Shown here in pieces: positions 9,882-19,913 of a DNA stretch of 64,000 nucleotides. The DNA is from Nitrospira japonica. Lineage in GTDB: Bacteria; Nitrospirota; Thermodesulfovibrionia; Thermodesulfovibrionales; SM23-35. Made by a program: the position numbers and the translations under genes. Below the pieces are notes generated by a model that saw nothing but the letters and a program-made list of their open reading frames with translations, was not told the origin of the DNA and ran no database searches. The stretch's first letter is position 1, and each line of letters begins with the position of its first letter. Location of the stretch: the NCBI GenBank assembly GCA_020725385.1, contig DYFC01000017.1, positions 48,178-112,177 on the forward strand, written 5' to 3'.

Positions 9882-11287
9882 TGGGGTTTTCTCCCATAAA
9901 TATCATCCAATCTCACAATATCATCTTCTCCTACATATTCGCCATTTTGAACTTCTATTATTTCAAGAGGAACTTTACCAGGATTTTCAAGCCTGTGAAG
10001 GGTTGATTTAGGAACATAGATTGACTCATTTTCATGGATATAACTCTCTTTGTCTCCAATAGTTACCTTTGCCGCTCCTTTTATTACCACCCAATGTTCC
10101 GAGCGATGATAGTGCATTTGAAGGCTGAGTCTTTCTCCCGGATTAACAACTATTCTTTTTATCTTATATCTTGTACCTTCTTCAAGAATTGTATAGCTGC
10201 CCCATGGTCTATAAGTAGTTAAATGTTCAAGAGCTTCTTTTCTTTTACTATTATTAAGAGTCTTCACTATTTCACGAACTTTCTGTGTCTCACCTTTTTT
10301 AGCGATCAACACAGCATCATCAGTGTCTATTATAAGACAGTCTTCAATGCCTATTGTAGAAATAAGCCTTTTATTGCTGATTATTAGAGTATCCTTAGTA
10401 TCAACAGTAATAGTATCACCCATTTTTACATTGCCTTTTTCATCTTTATTAGCAACATCATAAAGTGAATCCCATGAACCAATATCATTCCAATAAATAT
10501 CAAGAGGTAGTACAGTCATTTTATCGGATTTTTCTGCAATAGAATAATCGAGTGAAATATCAGGCATCTCATCAAATCTTTCAACTAATTCATCGAATCC
10601 TAACTCATACATATTAGCAATTTCTGGAGCGTATTTTTTGAACTCTTTTTGCATTGTCCTGATTTTAAATGCAAACATACCTGAATTCCAGTAATAATTG
10701 CCATCTTTTATATATTTTTCAGCTGTTTTAGTATCAGGTTTTTCAGTAAATTTATCTACTTTAAAAAATACTTGATTTCTTTGATGTCCCTTGTTTTCTA
10801 CCTTTATATAACCGTAACCTGTTTCGGGTCTTGTTGGCTTTAGTCCAAATGTAACAATATAACCTTTACGGGATATTTCTTCTGCTGTTTTTACATATTC
10901 TGAAAACTTTTCAGCCGGTCTTATCATATGATCTGAAGGAGAAACGAACAATACTTCGTCCTCTGCAGTTCCAAGCTTATCAAGACAATATTTCATGCCC
11001 AAGGCTATTGCAGGTGCTGTATTCCTTCCAACCGGTTCGAGAATAATATTATTTACCGTTTTTTTACTATTGGATATAGAATTAAGATCGGAAATAACGT
11101 GAAATTTATATTCATTGTTAGTCATTACAATTATGTCTTCAGGTGAAAAAATATTCAAAAGCCTTTTAATAGTTTGCTGTAATAGAGAGTTGTTGTCACC
11201 TAATTTCAAAAATTGTTTCGGGAAATTTTTCCTGCTCAAAGGCCATAACCTTGTGCCAGACCCCCCCGCGAGAACTAAAGCTTTCAA
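9878..11287 (-). CDS. manC: Mannose-1-phosphate guanylyltransferase / mannose-6-phosphate isomerase
   Basis: [31 protein letters not shown], cupin motifs RPWG and SLQMHYHRSEHW. Confidence 0.95.
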   Translation of the reverse strand: MKALVLAGGSGTRLWPLSRKNFPKQFLKLGDNNSLLQQTIKRLLNIFSPEDIIVMTNNEYKFHVISDLNSISNSKKTVNNIILEPVGRNTAPAIALGMKYCLDKLGTAEDEVLFVSPSDHMIRPAEKFSEYVKTAEEISRKGYIVTFGLKPTRPETGYGYIKVENKGHQRNQVFFKVDKFTEKPDTKTAEKYIKDGNYYWNSGMFAFKIRTMQKEFKKYAPEIANMYELGFDELVERFDEMPDISLDYSIAEKSDKMTVLPLDIYWNDIGSWDSLYDVANKDEKGNVKMGDTITVDTKDTLIISNKRLISTIGIEDCLIIDTDDAVLIAKKGETQKVREIVKTLNNSKRKEALEHLTTYRPWGSYTILEEGTRYKIKRIVVNPGERLSLQMHYHRSEHWVVIKGAAKVTIGDKESYIHENESIYVPKSTLHRLENPGKVPLEIIEVQNGEYVGEDDIVRLDDIYGRKPH

Positions 11288-11301
11288 TTTATAACCTCCG
11301 G

Positions 11302-12714
11302 TTACTTATAAAATTTTATACATTTATTTAATTCGTTTTCCATAAACTTTTTGTAGATATTCAAAGATTCCCGATCTTCAGCTTCAAAACGCATAACTAT
11401 AACAGGCTGTGTATTACTTGTTCTTACAAGTCCCCATCCTTTCTCAAATACCACTCTTACACCATCTATGTCATAAATTCTCTTAACTGGAAAAGGACTT
11501 TGTCCTGAAGAGATATAATTTCTAAATCTATCAACAAGTCTATCAACAATTTTTTTCTTCATATTTTCTTCGCATTCAAGGCGAATTTCCGGAGTATGAT
11601 GTAATTGAGGGATTCCTGATAACAATTTCTTCAAATTCAAGCCGGTTTTTTTCATTATTTCGATAATTCGGAAAGATGTATATAATGCATCGTCAAAACC
11701 AAAATAATCATCAGCTATAAAAATATGTCCGCTGAATTCTCCTGCAAGAATTGCTTTTTCTTCTTTCATTTTGTTTTTTACAAGAGAATGTCCTGTTTTC
11801 CACATTATGACTTTTCCACCATTTTTTTCAATATCTTCAAATACTGATTGAGAACATTTTACATCTCCTATAAAGACTGAACCTGGCAATCTTTTTAGAA
11901 TATCTCTTGCAAGTATAACCATTAATTGATCTCCCCATATAATATTACCATTATCGTCAATTACACCAATACGATCAGCATCTCCGTCATATCCTATTCC
12001 GATATCTGCTTTTTCTTCGATAGTAGTATGAATCAGATCTTTTATATAATCTACTACAGTGGGATCCGGATGATGATTTGGGAATCTACCATCGGGTTCA
12101 CAATAGAGTTGGATTACTTCACACCCCATTGATTGAATTATCTCAGGACTTACTATACCTCCGGTACCATTTCCTGCATCAATAACTACTTTTAATTTTC
12201 TATAATCATTACTGGAAAGATAAGAAAACTTTTTTTTCATGAAGTCTTTATATGCGGTATTTATCTCGAAATACTCCATATATCCTTTGACTTTATTATT
12301 TATAAATACCTTTTCTTCGATAATATATTTGAGTTCCTGTATCTTTTCTCCAAAAATTGTATCTTTGCCAACACTAATTTTAAAACCATTGTATTCTGGT
12401 GGATTATGACTTCCTGTTACCATTATGCCACCATCAAGATTTAGATGAAAGATTGAAAAATATTGTAGAGGGGTAGGGCATAAACCTATATCATATACAT
12501 TTATGCCTGTTCCAATAATACCTCTGATAACAGAATTAGCCAATGATTCAGAACTGAGTCTTCCATCCCTGCCAACACTTACCCATTTTGCATCAGGATT
12601 TACTTTTTTAAGATAAGTTCCAAAAGCAAGGCCGAGATTATAGGCAAAGTCTTCATTTATATCTTTCCCTGAAATACCACGAATATCGTATTCTCTAAAG
12701 ATGTTCTTATCCAT
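11302..12714 (-). CDS. Phosphomannomutase/phosphoglucomutase (AlgC-like)
   Basis: FREYDIRG, TGSHNP, DGDADR, GEFSGH, RTSNTQP. Confidence 0.94.
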   Translation of the reverse strand: MDKNIFREYDIRGISGKDINEDFAYNLGLAFGTYLKKVNPDAKWVSVGRDGRLSSESLANSVIRGIIGTGINVYDIGLCPTPLQYFSIFHLNLDGGIMVTGSHNPPEYNGFKISVGKDTIFGEKIQELKYIIEEKVFINNKVKGYMEYFEINTAYKDFMKKKFSYLSSNDYRKLKVVIDAGNGTGGIVSPEIIQSMGCEVIQLYCEPDGRFPNHHPDPTVVDYIKDLIHTTIEEKADIGIGYDGDADRIGVIDDNGNIIWGDQLMVILARDILKRLPGSVFIGDVKCSQSVFEDIEKNGGKVIMWKTGHSLVKNKMKEEKAILAGEFSGHIFIADDYFGFDDALYTSFRIIEIMKKTGLNLKKLLSGIPQLHHTPEIRLECEENMKKKIVDRLVDRFRNYISSGQSPFPVKRIYDIDGVRVVFEKGWGLVRTSNTQPVIVMRFEAEDRESLNIYKKFMENELNKCIKFYK

Positions 12715-12717
12715 TTT

Positions 12718-13710
12718 TTAACTATATACTTTCTTCCAGTATTTTCTTAAAAATTTAAGTTTACGTTTTACCCAATCTAAGTTTTGTATGTACCATTTAA
12801 CAGTTTTTTCAATTCCTACATCGAAAGTTACTTTTATATCCCATCCTGTTTCATTACGGATTTTTGATGAATTTAAAGAATACCTGAAATCGTGTCCAGG
12901 TCTGTCTTTAACAAATTCAATAAGACTATAGTCTTTTTCGAGCAAGTCTAATATTTTCTTAACAACTTCAATATTTTTCTTTTCCTGACCGCTCCCAACA
13001 TTATATATTTCTCCTGCAATTCCTTTATTTATAATTTTAAAAATTGCTTCGGCACAATCAGAAACATAAAGCCATTCCCTTATATTTTCACCTTTACCAT
13101 AAACTGGAATCTTTTCGTTATTTAATGCTTTTAAAATCACAACAGGTATAAGTTTTTCAGGATATTGCCATGGACCATAATTATTTGATGGCCTGACTGT
13201 TATAACAGGAAGTCCATATGTTCTGAAATATGCTCTCCCAAGCATATCTGCTGATGCTTTGCTTACTGAATATGGGGAATTTGGATTAATTGCGCTTGTC
13301 TCGGTGAAATGCCCATTATAACCGAGTTCTCCATAAACTTCATCGGTGGAAATATTAATAAATTTTTTAATGCATTTTTCTTTTGATACATCCAGAAGAA
13401 CTTGAGTGCCTTTAATATTTGTATCAATAAAAGGTGAAGCATTAAGAATACTTCTATCAACATGACTCTCTGCAGCCCAATGAACAACAATATCAGGTTT
13501 GAATTTATCGAAAATAATTCTTAAAGTTTTTATATCAGTAATGCTTCTTCTGTGAAAATCAATTTTATCAATGATATTTTTAAGACGTTCCAAATCACCG
13601 GCGTAACTGAGATTATCAACTACAGCTATTGAGTAACCCTTTTTTACTCCTGATCTTACAAATTCACTACCTATAAAACCTGCTCCACCTGTAACAAGAA
13701 TTCTTTTCAT
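12718..13710 (-). CDS. rfbB: dTDP-glucose 4,6-dehydratase
   Basis: VTGGAGFIGS, AAESHVDRSI, STDEVYG, PYSVSKA, DRPGHDFRY. Confidence 0.96.
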   Translation of the reverse strand: MKRILVTGGAGFIGSEFVRSGVKKGYSIAVVDNLSYAGDLERLKNIIDKIDFHRRSITDIKTLRIIFDKFKPDIVVHWAAESHVDRSILNASPFIDTNIKGTQVLLDVSKEKCIKKFINISTDEVYGELGYNGHFTETSAINPNSPYSVSKASADMLGRAYFRTYGLPVITVRPSNNYGPWQYPEKLIPVVILKALNNEKIPVYGKGENIREWLYVSDCAEAIFKIINKGIAGEIYNVGSGQEKKNIEVVKKILDLLEKDYSLIEFVKDRPGHDFRYSLNSSKIRNETGWDIKVTFDVGIEKTVKWYIQNLDWVKRKLKFLRKYWKKVYS

Positions 13711-13716
13711 GGTTTA

Positions 13717-14574
13717 CTAAATATCTTCCTTTTTATATAGAGTTTCAATATATCTATCAATACCTGTTTTCCAATCAGGTATATCAACATTTAAAGCTCC
13801 GGAAAGCTTCTTATTAGACATTGCTGAAAAAAAAGGCCTTTTTGCAGGAGATGGAAAGTCATTTGAATTTGCCGGTAGAACAAGATTTTCTAAGCCTGCA
13901 CGTTCTATGAAGTATCTTGCCACCTCATATCTCGAAGCATATCCGCTGTTTGTTAAGTGATAAACTCCACGAAGTCTTTTATTTATCGAAAAAAGCGTTA
14001 GGCTGACAATATCGTTGGTGTAAGTTGGAATGGAAATCTGGTCACATACTATCTTAAGAACTTTATTATTTTTAGCCCAATCCAATAACTTTGATAAGAA
14101 ATTTTGTCTTCCTTGACCAAAAACCCAGCTAACTCTGAATAAAAGAAAATTATTCATGGTATCCTGAAGATATTTTTCACCTAATAATTTACTTTGCCCA
14201 TATTTATTCAGGGGATTAGGTTCATCATCTTCATTATAAAAGTCTCTCTTCAACCCATCAAAAATATAGTCTGTACTGTAATGAACAAGCAAAATATTGT
14301 TCTTTTTACATGCAATGGCAAGATTCATAACACCTTCTGCATTTACTCGGAGAGCTATTTCATAATCATCTTCAGCCTTATCAACAAAATTATACGCTGC
14401 ACAATTTAATACAATATCAGGTTTATTTTCCTCTATTTTTTTTAGGACAGCATCCATATTTGAGATGTCAAGACTTGCCTTATCAAAAGAACAATAATCA
14501 TGTCCAAAATCTTTTAAATATTCAGGAAATTCTTTTGCAAGCTGTCCGTTAGCCCCTGTGATTAAAAATTTCAT
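13717..14574 (-). CDS. rfbD: dTDP-4-dehydrorhamnose reductase
   Basis: ITGANGQL, NCAAYNFVDKAE, STDYIFDG, YGQSKLLGE. Confidence 0.95.
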   Translation of the reverse strand: MKFLITGANGQLAKEFPEYLKDFGHDYCSFDKASLDISNMDAVLKKIEENKPDIVLNCAAYNFVDKAEDDYEIALRVNAEGVMNLAIACKKNNILLVHYSTDYIFDGLKRDFYNEDDEPNPLNKYGQSKLLGEKYLQDTMNNFLLFRVSWVFGQGRQNFLSKLLDWAKNNKVLKIVCDQISIPTYTNDIVSLTLFSINKRLRGVYHLTNSGYASRYEVARYFIERAGLENLVLPANSNDFPSPAKRPFFSAMSNKKLSGALNVDIPDWKTGIDRYIETLYKKEDI

Positions 14575-14604
14575 AAAATCTTATAAAAGTAATGAAGATT
14601 AATG

Positions 14605-15159
14605 TTAATAAACAAAATTATTATCTGCTTCCTTCAAATAAGGATGCTTTTTATCTTTTTCTGAAAGTATAGGTTCTAATATAGGCCAGTTAATATTTAT
14701 ATCAGGATCATTCCATATTATACCTCTATCACAAACAGGGGAATATTCTCTTGTGCATTTATAAAGAACTTCAGCAGTTTCTGAGATTACAACAAAACCA
14801 TGTGCAAAACCTGATGGGACATAGAGCATTAACCTGTTTTCTCCTGATAACTCAACTCCAATCCATTTTGAATAATAAGGTGAATTTTTACGTATATCCA
14901 CTACAACATCAAATATTTTACCTCTTAAGCACTGAACAAGCTTTGCCTGAGCATCGGGATTTTTTTGATAATGAAGTCCGCGCAAAACCCCTTTATATGA
15001 AAATGAGAAATTATCCTGTAAAAAGTATTCTTTGATTCCAGCTTTTAGAAAGTCTGAATATTTGTAAGTCTCAGCAAAATACCCTCTTGAATCAGAAAAA
15101 ATTTCAGGTGTTATTAAAATTACTCCCGGGATTTCTAATTGCTTAAAAGTAAATGGCAT
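14605..15159 (-). CDS. rfbC: dTDP-4-dehydrorhamnose 3,5-epimerase
   Basis: DSRGYF, GVLRGLHYQ, GFAHGF, LSEKDKK. Confidence 0.96.
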   Translation of the reverse strand: MPFTFKQLEIPGVILITPEIFSDSRGYFAETYKYSDFLKAGIKEYFLQDNFSFSYKGVLRGLHYQKNPDAQAKLVQCLRGKIFDVVVDIRKNSPYYSKWIGVELSGENRLMLYVPSGFAHGFVVISETAEVLYKCTREYSPVCDRGIIWNDPDININWPILEPILSEKDKKHPYLKEADNNFVY

Positions 15160-15163
15160 ATAT

Positions 15164-16036
15164 TTATTTAATCAATCTCATTAAATATTTTCCGTATTCA
15201 TTCTTATTAAGATTTTGGGCAAGTTTAATTAACTGTTCCTTATTTATGTAACCTAATTTAAAAGCTATTTCTTCAATACATGCAATCTTAAGCCCCTGTC
15301 TTCTCTCGATTGTTGCTATAAATTCACCTGCTTCAAGAAGGCTTTCATGTGTCCCTGTGTCAAGCCATGCAAAACCTCTACCCATTAATTCTACCCTTAA
15401 TTTTTTATTTTTCAGGTATTCTTTGTTTACATCTGTTATTTCAAGTTCTCCTCTATGTGAGGGTTTTATTCTTTCTGCGATACAAATTACTTGATTATCA
15501 TAGAAATAGAGTCCTGTAACCGCATATTTTGATTTTGGAGTTTTTGGTTTTTCTTCGATTGAAAGAACATTACCGTTTTCATCAAACTCTACAACCCCGT
15601 ATCTTTCAGGATCATTTACATAATATCCAAATACTGTGGCTCCTCCAAGATTCTCAATATCAGAATATGCTTTTTTCAGTAAATTTGTGAAACCATGACC
15701 GTAAAATATATTATCTCCAAGAACAAGGCAAACATTATCATCTTTTATGAATTCCTTAGCGATTATGAATGCCTGGGCAATTCCACCGGGATGTGGCTGT
15801 TCTTTGTATGAAAAATTCAGACCAAGATTTTCTCCTGTCCCAAAAATCTGGATAAAGCGGGGCAAATCAGCAGGTGTTGAAATGATAATAATATCCCTTA
15901 TCCCTGCGAGCATTAAAACAGATAAGGGATAATAAATCATCGGTTTATCGTATATAGGTAACAACTGTTTACATACCCCTAAAGTAATGGGGTATAATCT
16001 TGTTCCGCTTCCGCCTGCTAAAATTATGCCTTTCAT
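15164..16036 (-). CDS. rfbA: Glucose-1-phosphate thymidylyltransferase
   Basis: [44 protein letters not shown]. Confidence 0.97.
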   Translation of the reverse strand: MKGIILAGGSGTRLYPITLGVCKQLLPIYDKPMIYYPLSVLMLAGIRDIIIISTPADLPRFIQIFGTGENLGLNFSYKEQPHPGGIAQAFIIAKEFIKDDNVCLVLGDNIFYGHGFTNLLKKAYSDIENLGGATVFGYYVNDPERYGVVEFDENGNVLSIEEKPKTPKSKYAVTGLYFYDNQVICIAERIKPSHRGELEITDVNKEYLKNKKLRVELMGRGFAWLDTGTHESLLEAGEFIATIERRQGLKIACIEEIAFKLGYINKEQLIKLAQNLNKNEYGKYLMRLIK

Positions 16037-16122
16037 TTTGTATTTTATTTTACATTACATTAATAAATATTAAAATACCTTGTTATTCACATTATTTCAA
16101 ATTTTGTGATAAGATTAGTCTG

Positions 16123-16983
16123 ATGAAAATAATTGATATTCATACTCATGGGATTGGCGGGTATGACACAAGAACTACAGATTTTAAACACCTCTTAAAC
16201 ATAGCACATCTTCATGGCTTAAAAGGTGTAGAAGAAATTCTCCTTACAATTTATCCAGCAACAATCAAATTAATGCGTGAGAACATGGAAAATATAAGAA
16301 AAGCTATGGAAATACAAAATCAATTAATTGATAATGGTTCTAAAATTATTGGAATTCATCTTGAAGGTCCTTTTCTTAATCCTGCCTATTGTGGCGCTTT
16401 AAATGCTATGACTTTTCTTGAACCTTCTGAAAAATTATTTTATGAATTGGTGGAAGGTTATGAAAATATTATTAAGATTATAACAATTGCACCGGAACTT
16501 GATGGTGCTCCTGAACTTATTAAAAAAATTTCCGACATTGGAATCATGGTAAACATGGGACATTCAGAGGCAACATACAATGAAGCTGAAAATGGATATA
16601 ATCATGGGGCAAAAGGAGTTACACATATATTCAATGCCATGAAAGGGTTACACCATAGGGAACCGGGGCTTGCAGGTTTTGGTTTGTTAAATAAGGATGT
16701 TTTTATAGAAATGATTGCTGACCCTTTTCATCTTAGTGAAAAAACAATCGAATTAATTTTTAAAGTTAAAGACCCTGAAAAAATAATTATTGTTTCCGAT
16801 TCTGTAAAAGAGACAGAAACTTATCCGGAAAACAAAGGGATATATAGCAATTATGGCAAATTGCTCGGTGGTAGTATGACTATAACTGAGTCTGCAAAAA
16901 GGCTAATTGATTCAGGATATGAAAAAGAAATAATAATGAATTGCATCACATCAAACCCAAAAAAATATTTAGAAAGGGAGTAA
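16123..16983 (+). CDS. nagA: N-acetylglucosamine-6-phosphate deacetylase-like amidohydrolase (short; start at MKIIDIHTHG)
   Basis: IDIHTHG, GIHLEGPF, IAPE, GHS, THIFNAM, IADPFH. The ORF-track start at 16000 overlaps the divergent rfbA. Confidence 0.8.
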   Translation: MKIIDIHTHGIGGYDTRTTDFKHLLNIAHLHGLKGVEEILLTIYPATIKLMRENMENIRKAMEIQNQLIDNGSKIIGIHLEGPFLNPAYCGALNAMTFLEPSEKLFYELVEGYENIIKIITIAPELDGAPELIKKISDIGIMVNMGHSEATYNEAENGYNHGAKGVTHIFNAMKGLHHREPGLAGFGLLNKDVFIEMIADPFHLSEKTIELIFKVKDPEKIIIVSDSVKETETYPENKGIYSNYGKLLGGSMTITESAKRLIDSGYEKEIIMNCITSNPKKYLERE

Positions 16984-16987
16984 ATTA

Positions 16988-17203
16988 ATGTCAGAGAAAG
17001 TTATTATTTATGGAAAGCCGGGTTGACCATATACAAAAAAAGCACTTGATGCTTATGGAGATAATGTTGAATATTATGATGTGAAAGCAGATGATAAAAA
17101 TATGGAGAATATGCTAAAGATTTCAGGCGGAATAAGAAAAGTGCCTGTAATAGTAGAAAAAGGTAAAGTTACGGTAGGATTTGGTGGTGCATGAATTGTT
17201 TAA
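16988..17203 (+). CDS. Glutaredoxin-like selenoprotein, UXX-star type, 71 aa, with Sec13 and Sec69
   Basis: MSEKVIIYGKPG-U-PYTKKALDAYGDNVEYYDVKADDKNMENMLKISGGIRKVPVIVEKGKVTVGFGGA-U-IV-stop. TGA at 17024-17026 and 17192-17194; glutaredoxin VP motif; SECIS-like hairpins follow both UGAs. Confidence 0.88.
17027..17058 (+). promoter_or_regulatory. Putative SECIS element 1
   Basis: CCATA...AAGCA-CTTGA-TGCTT-ATGG hairpin directly 3' of the first UGA, with a G in the apical loop. Confidence 0.6.
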
Positions 17204-17230
17204 TAATTTAGCGGCAGCTAAATAAAACAA
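17196..17230 (+). promoter_or_regulatory. Putative SECIS element 2
   Basis: TTGTT...ATTTAGC-GGCA-GCTAAAT...AACAA hairpin directly 3' of the second UGA. Confidence 0.7.
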
Positions 17231-17320
17231 AAATTTGCAGATTATTTATGCTTATCATACATAATGGCAATTCTTGGAGCTTCATCCTGAATAAATCCAG
17301 TAAATATGATTAAATAAAAT

Positions 17321-17803
17321 ATGTGGTATGCAATTTATTTGAAATCAGGAAAAGAAGATTCGGTTTCCTCACATCTCAAGAATGCTGGGATTGAAGTAAT
17401 TAATGCAAAGCTAAAAATAAAAAAGTTTAAAAATAATAAATTAACAGAGGTTATCGAGCCTTTATTTCCCTGTTATATATTTGCCAATTTTGATAAGGAT
17501 AAATATTCTCATATGATTACGTTTACCAGAGGAGTTCGTTATATAGTTGGAAAAAGTAATCCGTTAGTTGTAAGTGAAGATATAATTCAAGCTATTAAAG
17601 AAAATATGAATGAAAATAATTTTGTAATTATAAAACCCCGTAAATTTTCAAAAGGGGAAAAAGTTATTATTAAAGAAGGTCCTTTGAAAAATTTTTATGG
17701 AATATTTGAGAAAGAGCTTAAAGGACCAGAAAGAGTAATGATACTTCTTGAAACTCTTAATTATAAAGTGGAGATTGATGGAAGTTATCTTGAAATAGCT
17801 TAA
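17321..17803 (+). CDS. NusG paralog, RfaH/UpxY-like transcription antiterminator
   Basis: MWYAIY, EPLFPCYIF and TRGV NGN motifs; KOW domain GEKVIIKEGPLKNFYGIF; ERVMILL. Confidence 0.9.
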   Translation: MWYAIYLKSGKEDSVSSHLKNAGIEVINAKLKIKKFKNNKLTEVIEPLFPCYIFANFDKDKYSHMITFTRGVRYIVGKSNPLVVSEDIIQAIKENMNENNFVIIKPRKFSKGEKVIIKEGPLKNFYGIFEKELKGPERVMILLETLNYKVEIDGSYLEIA

Positions 17804-17899
17804 AAGAAATAATTAAGACAATGTCCAATACTACTAAAGATATTTTGACTGTAAATATCTTTATCTGTTATCTTATTCAAAATTGATAAATATTTAGAA

Positions 17900-19180
17900 A
17901 TGGTAAAAAAATCAGAAAATAAAGAATATATCAGACCCCTTGAAAGAAAAGTCGAAGCTTTAAGAATTCTTACAGAGGTATCTTCAATAATATCATCTAC
18001 ACTTGATATCCGAGAATTGATGTCTCTTGTTATGGAAAAAGCAAAAGAAATTTTAAGTGCAGATGCATGTTCGATTCTTATTTATAACAAAAAGACCAAT
18101 AAACTCGAGTTTGAAGTTGCTATATGCGGTGAAGAATCAACTTCAGAAATGTTAAAGGAAAAAATAACTCTTGATATGGGGCAGGGCATAGCTGGTTGGG
18201 TTGCACAGAACCAGCAAATTCTTGTAATTAAAGATGTAAAAAAAGATAAAAGGTTTTTTCATGATGTAGATAAAATGACTGGTTTTGAAACAAAATCTCT
18301 TATCGCTGCTCCTTTAATTGGAAGGCGTGGTTTAATCGGAGTTGCCGAAATAATCAATCCGCAAAAAGAAGATTATGACCTTGAAATATTAAGTATCCTT
18401 ACAAAGCATTTTGCAACTGCAATAGAGAATGCTATATACCATTCTGAATCTCTTGAAAGAGAAAGAATTAAACAGGAACTCGAAATTGCAGCAACATTGC
18501 AAAAAAGTTTTTTGCCTGAAAACCCTATTTTTGAAAAAGGAAAAATTAAAGTTTTCGCAATAAACATACCAGCAAGACATGTAGGTGGAGACCTTTATGA
18601 TTTTGTAGAACCGGTCAGGGGAAAAGTAGGAGTTTTTATTGGAGATGTTTCAGGTAAAGGTGTATCTGCTGCTTTATATATGGCTAAAATTATAAGTGAT
18701 TTCAGGTATATTGCACGTGGAATTAATTCTCCTTCAGAAGTTATGGGTAAATTGAATAAAGTACTATCTGGTGCGCCTAGAGGGATGTTTCTTACTGCTA
18801 TATATCTTATTATTGATGTGGGAAATGGAGAATCGGTTATTTCAGTTGCAGGGCATCCTCCCTGCATACTCATAAATAAAGATGGAATAAAGGTTCTGGA
18901 AATGCAGACGGGGCCGCCGCTTGGAATTATTGAAACTGATTTTAAGGAGAATAAGATTAGTCTAAGGAGCGGTGACAGATTAATTATGCTTACAGATGGA
19001 GTATTTGAAGCAAAAAATATTTCAGGAGAAAGAATAGGTTTTAATGCTATATTGGAGTTTATTGGAGAAAACCAAAATATTGAAAATTTGTCTGAAAAAA
19101 TAATAGGCCATATTAATGAATATTCAAAAAATACAGAAATGGCTGATGATATCACAATTGTAGAAATTAAAATCCGGTGA
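17900..19180 (+). CDS. GAF + PP2C (SpoIIE/RsbU-like) serine phosphatase
   Basis: GAF motif GQGIAGWVA; VGGDLYDF, IGDVSGKGVSAAL, AGHPP, TDGVFEA, DDITIV. Confidence 0.93.
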   Translation: MVKKSENKEYIRPLERKVEALRILTEVSSIISSTLDIRELMSLVMEKAKEILSADACSILIYNKKTNKLEFEVAICGEESTSEMLKEKITLDMGQGIAGWVAQNQQILVIKDVKKDKRFFHDVDKMTGFETKSLIAAPLIGRRGLIGVAEIINPQKEDYDLEILSILTKHFATAIENAIYHSESLERERIKQELEIAATLQKSFLPENPIFEKGKIKVFAINIPARHVGGDLYDFVEPVRGKVGVFIGDVSGKGVSAALYMAKIISDFRYIARGINSPSEVMGKLNKVLSGAPRGMFLTAIYLIIDVGNGESVISVAGHPPCILINKDGIKVLEMQTGPPLGIIETDFKENKISLRSGDRLIMLTDGVFEAKNISGERIGFNAILEFIGENQNIENLSEKIIGHINEYSKNTEMADDITIVEIKIR

Positions 19181-19584
19181 AAGATTCGGTTAAAATAATA
19201 ATACCTTCACATCCAAAGTATTTATCTGTGGTCAGGAATGTTACTTCAAAGATTGGTGAAATATACGGGATTGATGAAACAATAGTGAATGATTTAAAAC
19301 TTGCAATTGATGAAGCATGTACAAATATAATCAGACATGCTTATAAAGGTGATACAACAAAGAGAATTATAATTAGATATACAGTTAATCCCGGGCAATA
19401 TACTGTTGTTCTTGAAGATAATGGAATAAAAGCCGATAAAAATAAACTAAAGGGAAGAGATCTGAACGATATAAAACCTGGCGGACTCGGAATACATTTT
19501 ATAAAAAGAGTTTTTGATATTTTTATGCTTGATGAAAAAAAGAAAAAAGGCAATAGGCTTATTCTTGTTAAATATCTTAAATGA
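19177..19584 (+). CDS. Anti-sigma factor / Ser kinase, RsbW-like
   Basis: LAIDEACTNIIRHAY, EDNG, GGLGIHFIK; GTG start overlapping the upstream stop. Confidence 0.92.
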   Translation: MKDSVKIIIPSHPKYLSVVRNVTSKIGEIYGIDETIVNDLKLAIDEACTNIIRHAYKGDTTKRIIIRYTVNPGQYTVVLEDNGIKADKNKLKGRDLNDIKPGGLGIHFIKRVFDIFMLDEKKKKGNRLILVKYLK

Positions 19585-19913
19585 AAACTGAAATAACAGA
19601 TTTTAAAGGGAATAAAAGAATTAAGATAACAGGTGATATTGATATGCATACTTCTCCTGAACTCAGAGAAGTTCTTTTATCAATAATAAAGAAGTCAAAA
19701 AATCAGTGCGTCTGTGTGGATTTTACGGATGTTACTTATATAGATAGCTCAGGTATTGCCACATTTGTTGAAGGACTTAAAGCAATAAGGGCATCCGGGA
19801 GTAGATTATTTTTCTACGGATTACCTGAAAGTATAATGGAAATCTTCAGGTTCTCAAGACTTGATAGGGTATTTGAGATATTCAGGACATTTGAAGATGC
19901 CTTCGGAATCTAA
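19581..19913 (+). CDS. STAS anti-anti-sigma factor, RsbV-like
   Basis: GDIDMHTSPELR, YIDSSGIATFV with the phospho-Ser. Confidence 0.92.
   Translation: MKTEITDFKGNKRIKITGDIDMHTSPELREVLLSIIKKSKNQCVCVDFTDVTYIDSSGIATFVEGLKAIRASGSRLFFYGLPESIMEIFRFSRLDRVFEIFRTFEDAFGI

Noticed and set aside
16000-16122. N-terminal extension of the nagA-like ORF
   Set aside because: Overlaps the divergent rfbA start and promoter; homology begins at ATG 16123.
16988-17203. Pseudogene reading of the glutaredoxin-like frame
   Set aside because: Both stops are TGA at redox-motif positions, each with a SECIS-like hairpin, and the frame is otherwise intact.
18595-19155. 186-aa minus-strand ORF and other short antisense or alternate-frame ORFs in the track (e.g. 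3281, 21806, 29238, 39238, 44037, 47495)
   Set aside because: Shadows of well-supported genes, with no recognisable motifs.
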